Shown one piece after another: positions 27,943-35,981 of a stretch of DNA of 64,000 nt. The stretch is from Desulfobulbaceae bacterium (GTDB lineage Bacteria; Desulfobacterota; Desulfobulbia; Desulfobulbales; SURF-16). The stretch lies in assembly GCA_002868945.1 (NCBI GenBank), contig PKTX01000004.1:11047-75046 (forward strand), in the 5' to 3' direction. Position numbers and translations under genes: made by a program. The stretch's first letter is position 1, and every line of letters starts with the position of its first letter. The notes below the pieces were generated by a model that made no database searches, was not told the origin of the DNA, and was given only the letters and a program-made list of their open reading frames with translations.

Positions 27943-29147
27943 CAGAAATTAAAGGTGAGCTTGAGGGCACCATACTGCCAATAACGCTCGGCGCCGCCCG
28001 GATTGAAGTAGCCCATGTAAAAGGCGGTGCCGTCAATGGTATGCCACTCTGCCTTAAAGGTCCAGTTATCACTGATATCATAGCGCAAGGCCACAGCCAG
28101 ATCCTTGCGCCATGGATAAAGATTCCTGCTACCCACTGCCTCATGACGATTTCTGATCAGCCGGTAATACTCGTCATAAAAAAGCGACAGGGTAAGGGTT
28201 TCAATGGGGCTGTAGCTCAACAGCACATACCAGGCCCGTGAGCGGCCATCCAGGGTGGTCCGGCTAAACTGCTGCTGGCGCCGATCTGTCTCGCTGTACT
28301 CGGCAGCAACGCTGAACCGTTGCCAGGAGTACTCCAGGGAGGCTACCACCTTGCCCTTGACCCGCAGACTGCTGACCCGGGTGGCATGGATCCGCGCCTC
28401 ATCCTCCAGGCTCAGAAAGGTAAGGGCGGCGCGCAGGCCTTCCAGGGCCGGGTTATAATAGAGGGCGGCGCCATAGACGTAGTCGTTTTCACGGCTCAGA
28501 TTATCGGTGGTCAGATTGAGGGCATAGAGTTGATTGTAGCGGTTGACAATCTCCGTGGCCGCCAGGGTGGCCAGGGAGTCATCATCATAGTCGATCTGAC
28601 CGACGAAGAGCTGGTAATCAAGATCCCCCCACGGTCCGAGGGGCAGGTTACCGTAAACCTCCCCCCCCCAATGGGCCTGCCAGGAATCGCGCCTGGTCTC
28701 GTCATAGATTGATTGCGGCAAAAAGATCAGGGGCCGCAGAAAATCGGAGTCCCGCTCCATATTATAGAGGCCCATGGGCATCTTGATCTTACCGACCCGT
28801 GCACCCAAAGGATCTGTCAGGTGGTACTCTGCCACCAACCAATCGGTGCGGACATTGCCGTTACTGGCCTCGCCGAAATGGCAGTAGAGCGCCTGACCGC
28901 CGAGGCGAAATTTGTCAGTGACCTGGGCATTGAGGTTGACCCCAATCTCGCGAAACTTAAAGGTACCGTCTTTGCTATCACCGAGAAAATCATTGCCGTT
29001 GGTGTCCAGGTAGCCCTGGGTGGCAAAGCCGTGAAGCTGGATCCTTTCCCCCAGGTCAATGGCAGCCGCCGGCCTCGCAGGCAGAATAAGCAACAACAGC
29101 AAAGAAAAAGACAGGGGCCGGACAGAAAAAAAACAGCGAAAAGACAT
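27942..29147 (-). CDS. Outer-membrane beta-barrel porin-like protein
   Basis: A signal peptide is present (...ILPARPAAA). The beta-strand-rich sequence ends ...GALKLTFNF. TAATG gives a 1-nt overlap with the upstream regulator gene. Confidence 0.65.
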   Translation of the reverse strand: MSFRCFFSVRPLSFSLLLLLILPARPAAAIDLGERIQLHGFATQGYLDTNGNDFLGDSKDGTFKFREIGVNLNAQVTDKFRLGGQALYCHFGEASNGNVRTDWLVAEYHLTDPLGARVGKIKMPMGLYNMERDSDFLRPLIFLPQSIYDETRRDSWQAHWGGEVYGNLPLGPWGDLDYQLFVGQIDYDDDSLATLAATEIVNRYNQLYALNLTTDNLSRENDYVYGAALYYNPALEGLRAALTFLSLEDEARIHATRVSSLRVKGKVVASLEYSWQRFSVAAEYSETDRRQQQFSRTTLDGRSRAWYVLLSYSPIETLTLSLFYDEYYRLIRNRHEAVGSRNLYPWRKDLAVALRYDISDNWTFKAEWHTIDGTAFYMGYFNPGGAERYWQYGALKLTFNF

Positions 29148-30493
29148 TAGGCTTGTGCTCTCCTGAGTTGATAATCTGTAATTTTTTTACGCAGGGTGGT
29201 GGGTGAGATATCCAAGGCATGGGCGCTGTGGGTGATATTCCAGTCATGTCTGACCAACACCTGGCTTATGTGCATCTTTTCCACGGCTGCCAGGGTGCCG
29301 CCCACGGGCCGCAGGCTCTGCTGCTTTTTGTCGGCCTGCTCCGGAACCAGATCTTCGGCATCAATGTCGTTGCCATGGGCCAGGACAATGGCCCGAGTAA
29401 GGGTATTTTCCAGCTCACGGACATTGCCGGGCCAGTTCCAGGCCCGCAGCTTCTGGCGGGCCGCCGTACTCAGGGTGGGGGCCGGCCGGCCCATCTTGCC
29501 GGCGATTTTGATGAGCAGATGCTCAGCCAGGGCATCGATATCGCCGCGCCGCTCACGCAGGGGCGGCACCCCGATACTCACCACGTTGAGACGGTAAAAA
29601 AGGTCGCGACGGAAGGTGCCCTTGTCCACCATCTCCACAAGATTGCGGTGGGTGGCTGTGACGATGCGGGCCAGCAGCGGCCTGGACTTGAGCCCTCCCA
29701 CCGGCACAAACTCATCCTCCTGCAGAACGCGCAGCAGCTTGCTCTGCAGGTCCAGGGACATATCGCCGATTTCATCGAGAAACACCGTGCCGCAGCCGGC
29801 AAACTCCAGCTTGCCCACCTTGTTCTGCTCGGCGCCGGTGAAGGCCCCCTTTTCATAGCCGAAAAGCTCACTTTCAAGCAGGGTGGGGACAAAGGCCGAG
29901 CAATTAATGGCCACAAAGGGTTGCTCCGGTGCCGTGGCCTCATGGAGGATGCGGGCCACCAACTCCTTGCCGGTGCCGCTCTCGCCCTTGACCAGCACGG
30001 TGACACGACTGCGGGCCAATCGACCGATCTGCTTGTGAATGTCGATAATTTTGCGATCCGAGCCCACCATTTCCAGGGGTTTGGTCTTCTCGGGACACAC
30101 CTCATCCTGCTCTGCCGTGCCATTGCCCTTTTTCTTGAGGGCTTCGACCTTGGCCGCCATATCCAGCAGCTCGTCAAGATCCAGGGGCTTACGCAGGTAG
30201 TCATAGGCACCGTCGCGCAGGGCCGTTACAGCCTCGGTATTCTCCGTGTTGCCGGTCATGATGACCACGATCACCCCGGGCCGGCTGTCAAGGATAGCAG
30301 GCAGGGCCTTGAGACCATGCACGTCGGGTAGATTGAGGTCGAGCAGCACCAGGTCCGGGGTGATCTCCGGCAGGCGAGTCATGCCGTCCGAGATGTTGTG
30401 GGCCACGGCCACGCCGTGGCCCTCGGCCTTGAGTTGAATCTCCAACGATCTGGCCAAGGCCAGATCGTCATCAATAATAAGAATTTTGATCAT
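29147..30493 (-). CDS. Sigma-54-dependent response regulator (NtrC family: REC-AAA+-Fis HTH)
   Basis: The receiver is KILIIDDD...LLDLNLPD. AAA+ motifs are VLVKGESGTGKE and the GAFTGA loop YEKGAFTGA, followed by FLDEIGDM. The C-terminal HTH is HSAHALDISPTTLRKKI. Confidence 0.9.
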   Translation of the reverse strand: MIKILIIDDDLALARSLEIQLKAEGHGVAVAHNISDGMTRLPEITPDLVLLDLNLPDVHGLKALPAILDSRPGVIVVIMTGNTENTEAVTALRDGAYDYLRKPLDLDELLDMAAKVEALKKKGNGTAEQDEVCPEKTKPLEMVGSDRKIIDIHKQIGRLARSRVTVLVKGESGTGKELVARILHEATAPEQPFVAINCSAFVPTLLESELFGYEKGAFTGAEQNKVGKLEFAGCGTVFLDEIGDMSLDLQSKLLRVLQEDEFVPVGGLKSRPLLARIVTATHRNLVEMVDKGTFRRDLFYRLNVVSIGVPPLRERRGDIDALAEHLLIKIAGKMGRPAPTLSTAARQKLRAWNWPGNVRELENTLTRAIVLAHGNDIDAEDLVPEQADKKQQSLRPVGGTLAAVEKMHISQVLVRHDWNITHSAHALDISPTTLRKKITDYQLRRAQA

Positions 30494-30530
30494 ACCTGTT
30501 AACCCCTGCTATTGGGACAAAAGTATCTAG

Positions 30531-30707
30531 TGTCTGTCCAGAAATGGCCCTCTCGGAGTCTCGCGAGCTCGCTTGCCTCGTCATGCTCAAAAAATAATGC
30601 TCGGAGGTAAGCGAAACGAAGTGGAGACTCCGATATCGTATATATGCCTGTGCTTATTTTTCTCGCAGTCCTTGATCTCGAACGAAATAACCATTTCTGG
30701 ACAGACA
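30531..30707. mobile_element. Type A MITE-like element with an inserted module (177 bp)
   Basis: tgtctgtccagaaatggccctctcggagtctcgcgagctcgc ... gaaataaccatttctggacagaca. It lies between the kinase and regulator genes of one operon. Confidence 0.7.
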
Positions 30708-30784
30708 CTCTCTAAACAACCATACCGGCCACCACCACATGCAGAGCGTGTGCAGCATGGTTTTTTTCCCTTCTGCCATGGAAA

Positions 30785-32542
30785 TCAATCCTGAAAAAGT
30801 AATGAAAAAACAGCCCCTCCCTCAGGATTATTTCCTGCAAAAACTGCGCCGCCTTGATAATCCATCACTTTTTTCACATTGGCCAGACCAAGACCGGTAC
30901 CCAGTTCGCGGGTGGTAAAAAAGGGATGGAATACCTTTTCCATCTGCTCAACAGTCAAACCAGGGCCATGATCCGTGACACTGATCAGGACAGCGCCGGT
31001 GCCGTCCCGGGGGCGCTGGCCGGCTATTATCACCTCACTGGCCACCGGCGACCATTGGATGGCATTGCCCACCAGATTGGCGAGGGCTCGGCAGGAATGG
31101 GCTCTGTCGGCCCGGAAGAGGGCATTGCCAAGATTATCTTCAACCCGCAGGACGATATCCTTGGCTGCCGCTTCTGATTGCAGGGTAGTGAGCACCTCAT
31201 CAACAAGCTGGCAAAAAGTGATCTTCTTTTTGCGGATATCCAGGGGCTTGCTGAACTGCAGCAGGTCGTCAAACATCTGCTCCAACCGGCCGACCTGCAC
31301 CAGGGAGATATCGGCCATTTCGCCATAGGCCTCGTCACCGGCCACCTTCCGGGCCAAGGCCTGCAGATTGATCTTTATGGAGGAGAGCGGATTACGCATC
31401 TCATGGACAATGCTGGAGCTCATCCTGCCCACCGTACTTAATGCCGTGCTCTGCAGCATGGAGCGCTGTTGCTGCTCCAGGGTGTCCATCATGGTATTAA
31501 AGGCCTCCCCCACCTCCTGAACATACTCCTCCTTGAAAGGCGGCAGCCGCTGGCTGTGTTGACCGGCAGTAATCCGGCGGGCAACCCTGGCCAGCTCATC
31601 CAGGGGGGCGGTCAAACGGCTGGAAAGGTTCTTGGCCAGGACAACGACAATAAGAACGGTGACAAACACGGTGACCAGGCCATAGAGGATAAAACTCTGA
31701 AACTGGTTGAGAGCACCGCCGGTGGGGAACTGGCTGATGAGCAGCCAGTCAAACTCATCAATGGGGGCATGAATCGAATAGACCTCGTCACCTTCGCAGT
31801 TCAGCATGCGCCTCACCTGCCAGGCCGGGCTGTCCAGCAGAGAGGTCGGCACCCTGTTCCCCGCACATTCCTGCACCGGTTCGGTCTGGTCCGCCAAGGA
31901 GGAACGATAAAGAATTTTGCCCTGCCTACTTACCAGGATATAACGCCCACCCTCATTAAGATCCGAGGTGTCACCGAGGATACGATCCAATGAGCGGCTC
32001 AGGTTGACCTCGGCCACCAGAAAGGCACCGACCTCTCCCTGTTTATTGAGCAGGGCCTGGCCCACCGGCAAAATAACATCGCCATTATCATGACGATACT
32101 CGCCGCCAAGCTGAAAGAGGCCACCCGGCGCCTCAAGCGCCCGGCGATACTGTCCCTGCGGCATCTGGACCGCTCCCTTGACCCCTTCCGGATACCGAAC
32201 AAGCAGGCTCCAGTCGGAACGATAGAGGCTAATGGAGCGATAGATAATATGGCCCTTGAAGAGTTTCCGGGCAGCGAGCAGGTAGCGCTCCTGTTCACTG
32301 CCCCCCTGGCGGCCGGAGCCGGTAAAGGCCAAGTGATAGAAGTCCTGCCGGGTGTGGCTCACCCAGGTTCGCAACCAGAGAAGGCGGGAACGCAGAGAAA
32401 AGGAGAGGTGCTCCTTTTCGACATTTTCAATGGAATTACGGGCAAAGATGTGGTTTTGAAAGGCCATTATCAGCAGAGGAAAGAGACCCACAAAGGTCAT
32501 GGCCAAAAAAATCTGTCTATTCAGTCCAGAGGTTATTTTCAT
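30785..32542 (-). CDS. Membrane sensor histidine kinase (periplasmic Cache-like domain, HAMP, HisKA, HATPase)
   Basis: Two TM segments flank a sensor domain of about 270 aa. The H-box is SSIVHEMRNPLSS. The ATPase motifs are NLVGNAIQW, DHGPGL and GTGLGLA. Confidence 0.85.
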   Translation of the reverse strand: MKITSGLNRQIFLAMTFVGLFPLLIMAFQNHIFARNSIENVEKEHLSFSLRSRLLWLRTWVSHTRQDFYHLAFTGSGRQGGSEQERYLLAARKLFKGHIIYRSISLYRSDWSLLVRYPEGVKGAVQMPQGQYRRALEAPGGLFQLGGEYRHDNGDVILPVGQALLNKQGEVGAFLVAEVNLSRSLDRILGDTSDLNEGGRYILVSRQGKILYRSSLADQTEPVQECAGNRVPTSLLDSPAWQVRRMLNCEGDEVYSIHAPIDEFDWLLISQFPTGGALNQFQSFILYGLVTVFVTVLIVVVLAKNLSSRLTAPLDELARVARRITAGQHSQRLPPFKEEYVQEVGEAFNTMMDTLEQQQRSMLQSTALSTVGRMSSSIVHEMRNPLSSIKINLQALARKVAGDEAYGEMADISLVQVGRLEQMFDDLLQFSKPLDIRKKKITFCQLVDEVLTTLQSEAAAKDIVLRVEDNLGNALFRADRAHSCRALANLVGNAIQWSPVASEVIIAGQRPRDGTGAVLISVTDHGPGLTVEQMEKVFHPFFTTRELGTGLGLANVKKVMDYQGGAVFAGNNPEGGAVFSLLFQD

Positions 32543-32670
32543 ACCGCTTTAAAGAAGCCTTTCAACAATGAACACCCCATATCCTTGGCCATCTCATAAA
32601 CTTACCAGATTTCTCTAAACAGCGACAACAACTATCATCCGTCATCTTTTGCGGTGGGTGCAAAATCCCC

Positions 32671-32699
32671 TTGCCCAATTGGGCCAAGTGCGTTATACA
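32671..32699 (+). promoter_or_regulatory. Candidate sigma-70 promoter for tRNA-Arg
   Basis: TTGCCC (32671-32676), a 17-nt spacer, then TATACA (32694-32699). The -10 element ends 15 nt before the mature tRNA 5' end. Confidence 0.35.
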
Positions 32700-32714
32700 A
32701 ACTTCTCGATTTAT

Positions 32715-32791
32715 GCACCAGTAGCTCAGCTGGATAGAGTACATGACTACGAATCATGGGGTCGCAGGTTCGAATCCTGCCTGGTGTACCA
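32715..32791 (+). tRNA. tRNA-Arg (anticodon ACG), CCA encoded
   Basis: 77 nt, GCACCAGTAGCTCAGCTGGATAGAGTACATGACTACGAATCATGGGGTCGCAGGTTCGAATCCTGCCTGGTGTACCA. I folded the cloverleaf by hand: anticodon stem CATGA/TCATG, loop CTACGAA, T-arm GGTTCGAATCC. It is very similar to E. coli tRNA-Arg(ACG). The 1-72 pair is G-U. Confidence 0.9.
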
Positions 32792-32804
32792 GAAACGCAA
32801 AAAA

Positions 32805-32841
32805 GGGGCGATTGAGACTTTCTCAATCGCCCCTTTTTTTT
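32805..32841. terminator. Bidirectional Rho-independent terminator
   Basis: Stem ggggcgattgaga / tctcaatcgcccc with loop ctt. An A-run lies on the left and T8 on the right. It sits between the convergent tRNA (+) and the MAD-repeat gene (-). Confidence 0.8.
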
Positions 32842-32880
32842 GTGATCGGACGAGGACGTAAGGGAATTGCCTCCCCCTGG

Positions 32881-34050
32881 TCATTGCAGCCCCTCAGCCA
32901 CAATGAGAGAGATAGCCATCTCCTGGGTGGCCAGGATGGAGGCTTGGCTGATGGCCAGGTAGTCACTCTGGAGCTGCTGGGTCAACAGGATCTGCTCCGC
33001 GGTGAGGCCGATATTATCGGCCATGGCCAGGATGAGGTCAGCCATCTCGCCGATGGAGTTGGCCATCACACCGATATCTGCAGACATCTCCAGCATACTG
33101 CCGATGGAGGCGGAAAGGTTCTGGTCGCTGAGGGCAGCGACCATGCTCTGCAGGGCCAGATTATAGCCGTCCAGGACAATGGCCACCGATGAGGCCATGC
33201 TGGCCATATTGTTCATGGCCAGCATGGTGGAATCATCAATCACCATGGTGCTCGTGGCACTGTCGGACTCTATCTGGTCTGCCATGGCCAGTCCCTGCAC
33301 CATAAAATTTCTGACGTCATCGGCGGCGGCGGCCAACTGGTACTTGATGGTCCAGGGGCTGAAGACGGTGCCGGTCAGGTCGGCAGCCAGCAGCTCGCCC
33401 TGGACAGCCAGGCTGTTGAGATCAAGGTCATAGCTGGCCGTCTCCACCGCCGACACCAGGGTCAGCATATTGGTCTGGGTCTGCAGGAGGGTGGCCTGGG
33501 TCATGGCCACATTCTGATTCTGAATCTCCTGGGTGACGAGGATACGGTCGGCCATCAGGCCGATATTGTCCGCCATGACCAGGATACGGTCGGCCATCTC
33601 ACCGATGCGGTCGGCCATGGTGCCGATATCGTCGGAGAGCTGCAGCATGGCGGTGAGACCATCCTTGATGGTGATGGTGTCGGCCGCCGGTACCAGAAGC
33701 TGCAGTTCAGCGGCCAGCCGGCCAACCTCATCCGCCAACTCGACATTGGCCATGAACAACCCCTCCAGGGCGATGAGCATGGTATCGTCAATGGTGATGG
33801 GCGCCGCCAGGCTGCTGTTGACCGCCTCAATATCTTCAACCAGGGCGCGGGCCGCCTGATGAGCAGCGGTCAGCGGCGCACAGACCACCTCTGGGCTGAG
33901 GCTGGTGGCGGTAAACTGGCCCTCCACGGCAGCGGCCTGGTGGACCAGGCCCTCGATATCCGTGGTGACATCAGCGCGGGCGCTGTGGGGCAGCAGCAGG
34001 ACCAGGACGACGAAGAGAGGGGCTATGGTGGTATGCAGTAGATTTTTCAT
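32881..34050 (-). CDS. Secreted Met-rich heptad-repeat protein A (x-I-G-x-M-A-D repeats), unknown family
   Basis: Signal peptide MKNLLHTTIAPLFVVLVLLLPHSARA. Two internal halves each end in DIGTMADRIGEMADRILVMADNIGLMADRILVTQ / DIGVMANSIGEMADLILAMADNIGLTAEQILLTQ. The start was refined to 34050, which has RBS AAGGAG. Confidence 0.8.
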   Translation of the reverse strand: MKNLLHTTIAPLFVVLVLLLPHSARADVTTDIEGLVHQAAAVEGQFTATSLSPEVVCAPLTAAHQAARALVEDIEAVNSSLAAPITIDDTMLIALEGLFMANVELADEVGRLAAELQLLVPAADTITIKDGLTAMLQLSDDIGTMADRIGEMADRILVMADNIGLMADRILVTQEIQNQNVAMTQATLLQTQTNMLTLVSAVETASYDLDLNSLAVQGELLAADLTGTVFSPWTIKYQLAAAADDVRNFMVQGLAMADQIESDSATSTMVIDDSTMLAMNNMASMASSVAIVLDGYNLALQSMVAALSDQNLSASIGSMLEMSADIGVMANSIGEMADLILAMADNIGLTAEQILLTQQLQSDYLAISQASILATQEMAISLIVAEGLQ

Positions 34051-34074
34051 GGTCTTTCTCCTTATCATCCCGAC

Positions 34075-35238
34075 CTACAGGCCCATATTTCTGATCACGG
34101 TGAGGGTGACGTTCTGGGCCGTGAGCAAAGAGCTCTGCGTGAGTTCGATATTGGCCTGCTGCAGCTCCTGGGTGGCGACGATGCGATCGGCCATCACACC
34201 GATATTGTCGGCCATGACAATGATCTTGTCGCTCATCTCCATGATGCGGCCGGCCATGACACCGATATCGGCACTAAGGCGCAGCATGGCGGCGGTGGCG
34301 TCAGCAAGGATCACCGTATCGGTGAGCGGTGCCAGTTGTTCGATGCTGGCGCTGTACACCTCCAGCGAGCTGGCCAGGCCGGCATAGATGGCAGAGAGAT
34401 GTCCAAAATAGGTCAGGGTATCACCGTTAAGAGAGTGGCTGGCGTCCTGGCTGCTGACACTCATCCAGGTATAGAGATCAACCACACTGGTGACCATGAG
34501 GCTGGTGGTGGCCTGCAACCGTTCAAGCTCCTGGGCCATGTTGTCCGTGCTCAGACTGACGACGGCCATATCGTCGACAAGATTTTCGCCGTTGTCAGCC
34601 ACCTGCCCCAGGGTAACATTATAGATGATGCTGGACAGGCTGTCGCTTAAGGCCACCATGTTCTGCTGGGTGGTAAGGATAGCGGCCTGGGTCAGGGCGA
34701 CATTGGCGTTCTGAAGCTGCTGGCTGATGAGAATCCGATCGGCCATGGTGCCGATATTGTCGGCCATGGCCAGGATACGGTCGGCCATCTCCAGGATGCG
34801 ATCAGCCATGGTGCCGATGTCGTCGGAGAGCTCCAGCATGGCGCTCAAGGCGGCCCGATACTCCACCAGGTCCGCCACATCCTCGATGTCGTCAACCTCA
34901 AGACTGAGCCGCACACCATTGGCAGCCATCTCCCTGGCCATGGTGGACAGGCTGTCCAGGGCATCGAGTTCATCACTGCCAATGGAAAGCGGCGCGGCGA
35001 GCTCGGCCTGGATGGTCTCGATATTGATCACAAACGCCTGGATATCGCTATTGATAAGCCCCAGGTCGCTGCAGGTCTGACCGGTAAAACTGAAATCAAC
35101 CAAGGATGTATTGATCCCGTCAGCCTGACCGACCAAGGCCTGCAGGTCGTTGCCGAGAGCCGCCTGCACGGGCTGACTCAGCACAGTCAGTAACACGACG
35201 ACCAGCAGCCCTGTTGTACTCCTTTTACAAAAAAGCAT
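34075..35238 (-). CDS. Secreted Met-rich heptad-repeat protein B (paralog of A)
   Basis: Signal peptide MLFCKRSTTGLLVVVLLTVLSQPVQA. The modules are DIGTMADRILEMADRILAMADNIGTMADRILISQ and DIGVMAGRIMEMSDKIIVMADNIGVMADRIVATQ. RBS GAGGA is present. Confidence 0.8.
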   Translation of the reverse strand: MLFCKRSTTGLLVVVLLTVLSQPVQAALGNDLQALVGQADGINTSLVDFSFTGQTCSDLGLINSDIQAFVINIETIQAELAAPLSIGSDELDALDSLSTMAREMAANGVRLSLEVDDIEDVADLVEYRAALSAMLELSDDIGTMADRILEMADRILAMADNIGTMADRILISQQLQNANVALTQAAILTTQQNMVALSDSLSSIIYNVTLGQVADNGENLVDDMAVVSLSTDNMAQELERLQATTSLMVTSVVDLYTWMSVSSQDASHSLNGDTLTYFGHLSAIYAGLASSLEVYSASIEQLAPLTDTVILADATAAMLRLSADIGVMAGRIMEMSDKIIVMADNIGVMADRIVATQELQQANIELTQSSLLTAQNVTLTVIRNMGL

Positions 35239-35536
35239 TTGCGTATCCTCAGTGGCAGTTTAATAATTCAACTATTTAATTATATTATTTCCGAGAAGAT
35301 AGTCGGTTTGCTGGCCAACGTCAACTGTGCCGCCCGAGAAAAACAGTCCGATCCTCAGCCGCTGATCTGCCGGCAAATGAAAAAAGAACCCCTGACAGCG
35401 TTCTTCGCCGCAGCCGGCACCGCGCCTGGCGCCCCCGGCCGCGCCACCACTTTTCCTTGCTTTTTGCCCATGAAATAGCTGATCATGGGCCAGCGACCGG
35501 GCCAAGCGACACTGGCATAAAACATGCATCACCTAT

Positions 35537-35840
35537 TATCTGGCCAGAAACAGAACATTTCGGATGTCTCGCGTACCTGTTGGCGATCAAGGAGTGCGAA
35601 AAGAGAAGCACGCCCTGAAAGAGGTAAGGGAGCCTGCGACACTCCGGGTGCCCTTGGCGTGCAGGTGTCCATGCGATATCGGAGTCTCCACTTCGTTTCG
35701 CTTACCTCCGAGCATTATTTTTGGGCATGACGAGGCAAGCGAGCTCGCGAGACTCCGGGAGATCGGGCCGGTAAGCGAGTTTACGAGACTCCCGGTAAGC
35801 GAGTTTACGAGACTCCGAGAGGGCCATTTCCGGAGAGACA
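35537..35840. mobile_element. Composite type A MITE-like element with multiple internal modules (304 bp)
   Basis: Degenerate TIRs are tatctggccagaaacag ... ccatttccggagagaca. It contains module F(rc) and three tandem copies of a 23-25-bp unit, gg(c/t)aagcgag(ctcg/ttta)cgagactcc. Confidence 0.65.
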
Positions 35841-35878
35841 CTACCTAAAATGGATTAACCAGAACATTTTTTCCCTGG

Positions 35879-35892
35879 TGCTTCCGGAAGCA
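35879..35892. promoter_or_regulatory. Perfect 14-bp palindrome TGCTTCCGGAAGCA upstream of gspE
   Basis: It lies about 90 bp upstream of the gspE ATG, in the divergent region shared with the MAD-repeat genes. It is a candidate operator; that function is inferred. Confidence 0.3.
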
Positions 35893-35981
35893 GATATCGC
35901 TTTCAGGTTGTTAATTATGCTGACAATGGTAAAGAGAAACAATCGGTTAGCTCTTACAATGAGATAGAAGACTCCGCACCC

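Noticed and set aside
35874-35892. Sigma-54-like ctGGtgcttccggaaGCa upstream of gspE
   Set aside because: The GG-to-GC spacing is 11 nt rather than the required 10. The same bases are better explained as a perfect palindrome.
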